From: a virus
DNA: 64,000 nt
Direction: 5' to 3' (one strand)
Virus record (IMG/VR): IMGVR_UViG_3300033489_000005
Location: 1 to 64,000 of that record
A program made the translations under genes and the position numbers. Below, one piece after another: positions 58,149-64,000 of this stretch. The notes under the pieces were generated by a model. That model searched no databases and had not been told where the DNA came from. It was given only the letters and a program-made list of their open reading frames with translations. Numbering within the stretch: the first letter of the stretch is position 1; every line of letters begins with the position of its first letter.

Positions 58149-59198
58149 ATGTCCAGGCGGAAAAGAGCGGCTGCAGCGCAGCTTGAACAGATGGCCAGCG
58201 CGCGCGAGGCGGCGCCCGAGATTGAGTTCGAGGTCGTTGACGAGTCAGGCGTGGTTATCGCCGAGTCGTTGAGCGACGAGATTATCATCGAGCATGCGGA
58301 GGAACACGCCCCGGCGTATGAGCAGCGCGCCGAGGAAGAGCCGGACGCGCTGACCAAGCTCAAGGCGCAGTACGCTGAGCGCGAGACGGAGATTCAGCGG
58401 CTCAAGCGCGAGCGGGCGGAGGCCGAGCACCGGGCGAACGAGAACGCCAACCACGCCGTTCAGGGAGAGCGGAATTACCGTGAGGCGACAGTGGCGGCGG
58501 TGGAGAACGCCATCGCCCTGGCCAAGTCCAACATCAATCAGGCCCAACAGGCGGCGTCCCTGGCGGCGCAGCGCGGCGACTGGGATACGCACGCCAAGGC
58601 CCTGGCGGCGTTGACCGAGAACACCGCGCAGATTCAAAGTCTGGAGCGGGCGAAGTCAGATGTCGAGCGGGCCCCCGAACCAACGGCGCAGCACTATCAG
58701 CGCCCGCCCGATAACGACTTTGAAATGCAGATTAAGGCGTTCCCGCACAGGACCCAGGCGTGGCTCCGGGAGCATAAGGACGATATCTACCTGAACCAGG
58801 AACGCGCCATGCTGGCGGAGTCAGCGGCCAATCTGGCGCAGCGGAAGGGGATTGAAGTCGAGAGCCAGGACTACTTTGATTTCATTGACGAGCAGATGGG
58901 GTATAAAACCGTGACCAGCGATTCCAGGTCGAATGGCGGCTCCGGCGTCCCGCCAGTTCAGAGGAAGGCCCAGACGCCCGCCGCCCCTCCGGCCCGGACG
59001 TCATTTGGCGCGCCTCAGGGGAAGGGAAGGCGCGTGCAGCTCTCTCAAGAGCAGAGGAAGGCCGCCGTCCAGCTTTACGCTGACCTCCCCGAGCATGAGG
59101 CCCTGGCGCAGTACGCTAAGGGCGTCGCTGAAATCGACTCGGGCAAGTCCAACTTGCTCTGGTCAAGAGACAAGTATAAGGGAGGCGTCGGTGTCTAA
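58149..59198 (+). CDS. scaffolding-like protein
   Basis: 349-aa, Ala/Glu/Gln-rich coiled-coil-type sequence lying between portal and capsid. Confidence 0.5.
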   Translation: MSRRKRAAAAQLEQMASAREAAPEIEFEVVDESGVVIAESLSDEIIIEHAEEHAPAYEQRAEEEPDALTKLKAQYAERETEIQRLKRERAEAEHRANENANHAVQGERNYREATVAAVENAIALAKSNINQAQQAASLAAQRGDWDTHAKALAALTENTAQIQSLERAKSDVERAPEPTAQHYQRPPDNDFEMQIKAFPHRTQAWLREHKDDIYLNQERAMLAESAANLAQRKGIEVESQDYFDFIDEQMGYKTVTSDSRSNGGSGVPPVQRKAQTPAAPPARTSFGAPQGKGRRVQLSQEQRKAAVQLYADLPEHEALAQYAKGVAEIDSGKSNLLWSRDKYKGGVGV

Positions 59199-59997
59199 AC
59201 CCCCATACAATTGGCGCAAGACCGAGAAAACACCGGTCGCCAAGCCCGTAATCAAGAAACCACCCGAGGTTGAGGAACCCATGACAAAAGCGCCTCAAGC
59301 GTCTGATCCCGTCGCCATTGAGGCGCTTACGATTCAGATGGCGCAGCTCGCATCTATGATGGCCGAGTCCCAAAAGCAAATGGCGGAGCAGATTACCGCG
59401 CTCGGGAGACAGGTCGCCGAGGACCGCAAAGAGGTGCGCGTCGAAGCTGCGCGGCCCAAGCGCCCCCAGGCTCGGGAAACCGGGATTACTACGGCGATTG
59501 GCCGCGACGGTGAAGTTGTCACGCGCCGGGCGCAGTTTGCGTCCAGTGACCCTTTCGAGCTGCCGCCCGAATTCGTGGAGGCTACTTTAGCCGAGGGATA
59601 TACTCTTGAATGGAAAACCCGGTTCGTCTACAATGAGGAGCGCGGAGTTTATATTTCTCGACTCCAAAGAGATGGCGGATGGCGACCTGTTAAGAATAGC
59701 AGGCTACTCGGCGTCTTCTCTGGTGAAGAAGAGGAGGCTGTTCAACACGATGGTATGATTTTGATGGAGCGTCGCGTAGAGTTAACCAACGCAGCGCGAC
59801 GTGAGGAACAGATTAGCGCCCGTGAACAGCTTTTGATGCGTCAACGGAATTGGGGTGTCGATTCGAAACGGGAAGACTATTTCGACCCGAACACCCAGGA
59901 AGCACAGAAGCATACGCTTTTGAGAGCGCAGCGTGAGCGGGCGGACCCATCATGGGCTCCATCGCACACTATCGCTGGAGGCGACGAGTTTTCGTAA
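59191..59997 (+). CDS. hypothetical head-morphogenesis protein
   Basis: GTG at 59191, 5 nt after GGAGG, overlapping the scaffold stop. An alternative ATG lies at 59281. It is the in-frame portion of track ORF 58933..59997. Confidence 0.55.
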   Translation: MSKPPYNWRKTEKTPVAKPVIKKPPEVEEPMTKAPQASDPVAIEALTIQMAQLASMMAESQKQMAEQITALGRQVAEDRKEVRVEAARPKRPQARETGITTAIGRDGEVVTRRAQFASSDPFELPPEFVEATLAEGYTLEWKTRFVYNEERGVYISRLQRDGGWRPVKNSRLLGVFSGEEEEAVQHDGMILMERRVELTNAARREEQISAREQLLMRQRNWGVDSKREDYFDPNTQEAQKHTLLRAQRERADPSWAPSHTIAGGDEFS

Positions 59998-60006
59998 CGC
60001 GTGAAG

Positions 60007-60032
60007 GTCCAGACCGTTTAAACGGTCTGGAC
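60007..60032. repeat. 26-bp perfect palindrome GTCCAGACCGTTTAAACGGTCTGGAC
   Basis: Lies 10 nt downstream of the stop at 59997. Confidence 0.95.
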
Positions 60033-60051
60033 GCCAGACTTTCAGACCACC

Positions 60052-60172
60052 GTTCCGCCTCGGCGTTGAAGGTGGCAGTACAGCAGAACCGCACAGTTCC
60101 GCCTCGGCGTTGAAAGTGCAAAAGACCCAGGCATGCGCCATTCCGCCCCCGCGCCGGGGAGCGTTGAAAGCA
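60052..60172 (+). repeat. three direct repeats (G/A)TTCCGCC..GGCGTTGAA(G/A)G upstream of the capsid-region genes
   Basis: 60052-60074 and 60096-60118 are 22/23 identical. The third copy, 60140-60172, is expanded. Confidence 0.8.
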
Positions 60173-60202
60173 AAGCCGGTTAACCCAATCAGGATTTAAG
60201 AA

Positions 60203-60808
60203 ATGGCCAATACGAACAGCCCGTTCGGATTGCGCCCGCTAGGGATTTACGGCGCGGCGCAGCCAACGTTTCAGCAGCAGGCTTGGAAAGTTGCCAGCGG
60301 CAACACGCACCAGTTCTTTAGGGGCGACCCGATTATCCGCCTGAACACCGGTTACGTTGACTATTGGGTCAACGGTCAGCCCGCGAGCTATCTCGTTGGC
60401 GTGTTCTGGGGCGCGAAATACCTGTCGACAGCGCTCGGCCGCACGACTCAGAACACATTCTGGCCGGGTAACGACGCCACCACCGACGGCACCGTTTACG
60501 TTATCCCCTGCGATAACTTCCCGACCCCCCTGTTCGCCATCCAGGCCAGCAGCGCTTCCACCCCGATTGCTTTGTCTGACGTCGGCAAGAACGCCGATAT
60601 CGTCATGGGCACCGGCCATATCCTCGGCGGCTCTCTCGGCCTGTCCGGCGCCACGCTCGGCGTTCCGACCACCACCGCCACGTTGCCGTTCCGCGTTGTG
60701 GGCCTCTTGTCGGACTATTTCCCGGCCGGAACCCCAGGCGCCGACAACACCACCCCATACAATATCGCAGTGGTGACGCCTAACACCGCTCAGATGACCG
60801 GCATTTAA
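60203..60808 (+). CDS. capsid-associated protein (decoration/cement or second capsid protein candidate)
   Basis: 201-aa ORF immediately upstream of the major capsid gene. The assignment rests on position only. Confidence 0.4.
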   Translation: MANTNSPFGLRPLGIYGAAQPTFQQQAWKVASGNTHQFFRGDPIIRLNTGYVDYWVNGQPASYLVGVFWGAKYLSTALGRTTQNTFWPGNDATTDGTVYVIPCDNFPTPLFAIQASSASTPIALSDVGKNADIVMGTGHILGGSLGLSGATLGVPTTTATLPFRVVGLLSDYFPAGTPGADNTTPYNIAVVTPNTAQMTGI

Positions 60809-60822
60809 GGAGGGCGTAAACA

Positions 60823-61752
60823 ATGGCTATTAATCTAGCGGCAGAACGCGACCTCCTACTTCCAGGTCTCGCGGCCATCACCGGCCAGTATCGGAATATC
60901 GAGCCTCAGTGGAAGCGCGTGTTCCGTTCTATCCAGTCAAAAATGCAGATTGAGCGCACCGTTCAGGCGCGATATTTGCAACTCGCGGCTCTTAAGGAAG
61001 AAGGCGCTCAGACGTTGTTTGATAACAACGCTGGCCAGCGCTGGATTTACAATATGGAGCCTATCGAAGCTGGTCTGGGGTACGCAATTACCCGTAAGGC
61101 TATCGACGATAACTTGTACAAGTCCGATTTCAACCCAATGAATCTTGGGTTGGCTAAGTCGTTCGCGGACTACTGGGAGATTCAAGCAGCGAACATCTTC
61201 AATACCGCTGGCACGTACAATGCGTCCATCGGCGGCGACGGCGTTTCCCTGCTCAACAGCGCGCATCCGCTTACAGAAACTTCGCCGTTCGTCGGGGGCT
61301 CTTGGGGCAACCGGCCAAGCGTCGATGTAGACCTCAACGAGGCAACCCTCATCGCAGGTCTAAAGCAGATTCGCGCTGGGTTCGTGAACGAGGCGGGCCT
61401 GAAAATCCGGGCTCGCGGCCGTCTTCTCTGCGCCCCAATCGCCCTTGAGGATGTGTGCATCCGCCTTATCAAGGCCGAGCTGCGGCCGGGCACCACCGAC
61501 AATGACCCGAACGCCATTCACACGCTGTCCGGCGGTCTGCATGACTTCGAGATTTTTGATTACTTCACGTCGAACTTCTCCTGGTTCATCAAGACCGACG
61601 TCGAGGGACTGGTTCATATCGACCGGATACCGTTTGAACTAGACATGCACGTGGACTTTATGACGGATAATCTCCTTGTGAAAGGATATCAACGTGCAGG
61701 GTTCTTTTTTAATGATCCGCGCTGCCTGTATGGGAGCCTTCCCACGTCTTGA
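60823..61752 (+). CDS. major capsid protein (HK97-fold type)
   Basis: 309-aa ORF whose size, position after the scaffold and overall pattern are typical of podovirus major capsid proteins. It needs HMM confirmation. Confidence 0.6.
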   Translation: MAINLAAERDLLLPGLAAITGQYRNIEPQWKRVFRSIQSKMQIERTVQARYLQLAALKEEGAQTLFDNNAGQRWIYNMEPIEAGLGYAITRKAIDDNLYKSDFNPMNLGLAKSFADYWEIQAANIFNTAGTYNASIGGDGVSLLNSAHPLTETSPFVGGSWGNRPSVDVDLNEATLIAGLKQIRAGFVNEAGLKIRARGRLLCAPIALEDVCIRLIKAELRPGTTDNDPNAIHTLSGGLHDFEIFDYFTSNFSWFIKTDVEGLVHIDRIPFELDMHVDFMTDNLLVKGYQRAGFFFNDPRCLYGSLPTS

Positions 61753-61754
61753 TA

Positions 61755-61783
61755 TTGACTAGGTGGGTAGTTTTTGCTAGAAT
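61755..61783 (+). promoter_or_regulatory. near-consensus sigma70 promoter TTGACT-N17-TAGAAT
   Basis: Lies directly upstream of the HNH-AP2 gene. It is followed by the inverted repeat GCTAGAATCCT...AGGATTCTAGC, which ends at the start codon. Confidence 0.6.
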
Positions 61784-61815
61784 CCTTTGGTTGCAACCAT
61801 AAATAGGATTCTAGC

Positions 61816-62370
61816 ATGGCTACACCTACAGATAGAGAGCACGCGCTCACGGTTCGGGAATTAAGATCGCGTCTTGATTACGACCCGCACACAGGTATCT
61901 TTAAGTACAAGATACCACCTAAGTACAGTAAAGTTCGGGCCGGTGACATAGCGGGGTATGTCAGAGATGGAAACTATCTACTGATTAAAATAGATAGTAT
62001 TGCGTATTACGCGCATCGTCTTGCATGGCTCTATGTCTACGGAGCATGGCCTAAAGAATACTTAGATCATGCTAATTTGAATAAGCTGGATAATCGTATC
62101 GCAAATTTACGACCAGCTAGTATGGCAGAAAATAGGACAAATACCCCCCTAAGTAAGGGAAATTCGTCCGGGTTTAAAGGTGTGACAAAATATAGGTGCA
62201 AGCATGTTCAAAAAGGAATTGAATGTACTTGCCCAACACGCTGGAAAGCACAAGCGACGATAGACCAAAAGGTAATATACCTTGGGCTATTCGACACGAA
62301 GGAACTGGCTCATGAAGCCTACGTTAAAGCAGTTACTGCGGCGCGGCCAGATTTTGTTCGTGTCGGATAA
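61816..62370 (+). CDS. free-standing HNH-AP2 homing endonuclease
   Basis: YYAHRLAWLYVYGAWPKEYLDHANLNKLDNRIANLRPASMAENRTN is HNH_3-like. SGFKGVT...WKAQATIDQKVIYLGLFDTKELAHEAY is AP2-like. It forms a low-GC island between structural genes. Confidence 0.8.
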   Translation: MATPTDREHALTVRELRSRLDYDPHTGIFKYKIPPKYSKVRAGDIAGYVRDGNYLLIKIDSIAYYAHRLAWLYVYGAWPKEYLDHANLNKLDNRIANLRPASMAENRTNTPLSKGNSSGFKGVTKYRCKHVQKGIECTCPTRWKAQATIDQKVIYLGLFDTKELAHEAYVKAVTAARPDFVRVG

Positions 62371-62384
62371 GGGAGAGCCCCGTA

Positions 62385-63329
62385 ATGGCTAAGTCAACTA
62401 TCAGCGGCCCTTTCATCGTCTACGGGAACGAGGCGACCCCTCCGGGGATGGCCGCCCGGTCCGCGAACCAGAACCCGGACGCGGGGCCGAGCGTCTTCTA
62501 TGGCGGCGTGGCGTCTCTTGACCCGCGCCCCATTTTCACGTTCTTCCCCGGTCAGACGCCCGGCTCGCCGCCGGTTCTCGCCTGGATGAGTTCGGATATC
62601 ATGGCCGTTGACTTCGCCCCCCTGGCTGCGGCCACGGCGAACCTCGCGGCCCTGCAGGGCAACACGATAAACGTTCCTCTCACGCTGGTCACCGTCAGCG
62701 GGGGAGACGTCACCGTTGGCGACACGTTCAAGAACGCGTCGACTGGCGCCACGGTCACCGGCGCCCGGCGCATCGGTCCAAAACCCGCCGTGCTCCCAGT
62801 CGGCTCGTCCGGGCTGGTGAACTTCTGGGACCCCGCAACCGTCAGCAGCCGGGCGGTGTCCATCACCTCCGGCACGACCACGCTTGCGGGCATCACCTAC
62901 ACCGTTGTCGGCTATGACGTGTTCGGCCAGCCCCAGACCGAGGCCATCACCGGCCCTGGCGCGGGCCTGACTGTCAGCGGCAAGAAGACCTGGAAGTGGA
63001 TTGCCAGCGTGACCCCCTCGGCGACCAACGCCGCGACGGTCAGCATCGGGACTCCGGATATTTTCGGCTTCCCAATCAAAGTCGCTTCCTATCCGTACGT
63101 CCAGGTGTATTGGAATAACGTCCAGCAGCTGACGGCCACGGTCACGGCTGCCGACGCCACATCTCCAGCCACCACGACAACTGGCGATGTGAGGGGAACT
63201 TTCACGCCGGGTTCGGCTGCAAACGGAACCATTCGCATGGTGGCGTTCGTCAATATCCCAGTGGCGGGCATTGCGGTGACTTCAACAGCAGCCCTGACCA
63301 CGGCCATGTTTGGCGTAACGCCAGTATAA
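62385..63329 (+). CDS. virion structural protein (hypothetical)
   Basis: 314-aa Thr/Ala/Gly/Val-rich ORF in the structural module. Confidence 0.6.
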   Translation: MAKSTISGPFIVYGNEATPPGMAARSANQNPDAGPSVFYGGVASLDPRPIFTFFPGQTPGSPPVLAWMSSDIMAVDFAPLAAATANLAALQGNTINVPLTLVTVSGGDVTVGDTFKNASTGATVTGARRIGPKPAVLPVGSSGLVNFWDPATVSSRAVSITSGTTTLAGITYTVVGYDVFGQPQTEAITGPGAGLTVSGKKTWKWIASVTPSATNAATVSIGTPDIFGFPIKVASYPYVQVYWNNVQQLTATVTAADATSPATTTTGDVRGTFTPGSAANGTIRMVAFVNIPVAGIAVTSTAALTTAMFGVTPV

Positions 63330-63341
63330 GGACAAGTCGAT

Positions 63342-63551
63342 ATGGCTAAGACTAAAGGCGGCCTCAGCTCCAAGACCCCGGCTTTCGCCGGGGGCAACAA
63401 GGACGTGATTAAAGAGGCCAAAGCCGGTAAGAACATTGGTAAGGTGGGCGGCGTCTCGCGCAAGCGCGGCGGGGCCTGCAAGGCCTCCGGCGGCGGCGCG
63501 GATACGTCCCCCTACAGCTCTGCGGGCCGGAGCCTGCGCAACAAGAGCTAA
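63342..63551 (+). CDS. small basic protein
   Basis: 69-aa Lys/Gly-rich ORF. Confidence 0.55.
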   Translation: MAKTKGGLSSKTPAFAGGNKDVIKEAKAGKNIGKVGGVSRKRGGACKASGGGADTSPYSSAGRSLRNKS

Positions 63552-63578
63552 CATCGAGAGCGTTTAAACGAGGCGACC

Positions 63579-64000
63579 ATGAGCAGAATCATTCAGGCGA
63601 CGGTTGGTCCATTAGCTGCGGCGGCTGCGAACAATGTTGGGCTGTCCCAGACGCCACTTGCGGCGGGCGACCTGACCCTGAATGGCGTGCTTGTCGTGGG
63701 CGGCGTGGCTACGCTGGATCAGCCACGCCGCATCATCATCACGTCGGCCGGGAACGACAGCGCCGTGACGTTCACCGCCTATGGGACTGACTGGAGCGGG
63801 CAGGCGCTGCAGGCCAGCGTGGCTGGCGCCAACGTGGGCGCGGCGGACTTCGGCGTGAGCTTCAAGACGGTAACCCGCATCGCCGTCTCGGCCGCCACGG
63901 CGGCGGCTGTGACCGTCGGGACCAACGGCGTAGCGGACTCGCGGCCCATTTTTCTCGACGCGTTCGGGTTTGCCCCGACGTCGCTGCAGGTGACCGTGAC
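63579..64000 (+). CDS. virion structural protein, 3-prime partial
   Basis: ATG at 63579, open to the window end (MSRIIQATVGPLAAAAANNVGLSQTPLAAGDLTLNG...). Its composition resembles 62385..63329. Confidence 0.55.
   Translation, partial: MSRIIQATVGPLAAAAANNVGLSQTPLAAGDLTLNGVLVVGGVATLDQPRRIIITSAGNDSAVTFTAYGTDWSGQALQASVAGANVGAADFGVSFKTVTRIAVSAATAAAVTVGTNGVADSRPIFLDAFGFAPTSLQVTV

Overview
The window is one contiguous, tightly packed, GC-rich tailed-phage genome segment that looks podovirus-like. I see no obvious host genes. All family names below come from motif recognition by eye and need HMM confirmation. CDS coordinates include the stop codon, as in the ORF track.

Layout:
- 1-17.7 kb (+): virion and tail module. 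It holds glycine-rich fibre proteins, tubular-tail-like proteins, internal virion proteins including a 1940-aa polyprotein, and lysis genes.
- 17.6-32.2 kb (-): replication and recombination module. It holds an SNF2 helicase, a VRR-NUC nuclease, a Cas4-like nuclease, a family-A DNA polymerase, two tRNAs and a structured non-coding region.
- 32.3-40.0 kb (+): prim-pol/helicase, an iteron plus AT-rich origin-like region, two Bro-N antirepressor-like genes, and zinc-finger and membrane mini-ORFs.
- 40.0-46.5 kb (-): small early-type genes, lower in GC from about 42.6 kb, separated by long perfect palindromes.
- 46.5-64 kb (+): SprT-like gene, tRNA(CAT), TerS, intein-containing TerL, portal, head morphogenesis genes, capsid, an HNH-AP2 homing endonuclease, and further structural genes.

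Genes are strongly translationally coupled through ATGA, TGATG and 8-nt ATGnnTGA overlaps.

Most notable observations:
1. The 8-bp palindrome GTTTAAAC occurs 22 times, in both permitted reading frames inside genes and at the centre of 24-30 bp perfect intergenic palindromes.
2. The TerL intein has a central region that encodes an HNH homing endonuclease on the opposite strand, in exact codon register.
3. The giant virion protein carries two internal S74-type self-cleaving chaperone domains.
4. A four-member family of conserved promoters is followed by structured leaders of about 100 nt.
5. An iteron-rich origin-like region lies downstream of the primase-helicase gene.
6. Two of the phage tRNAs are unusual.
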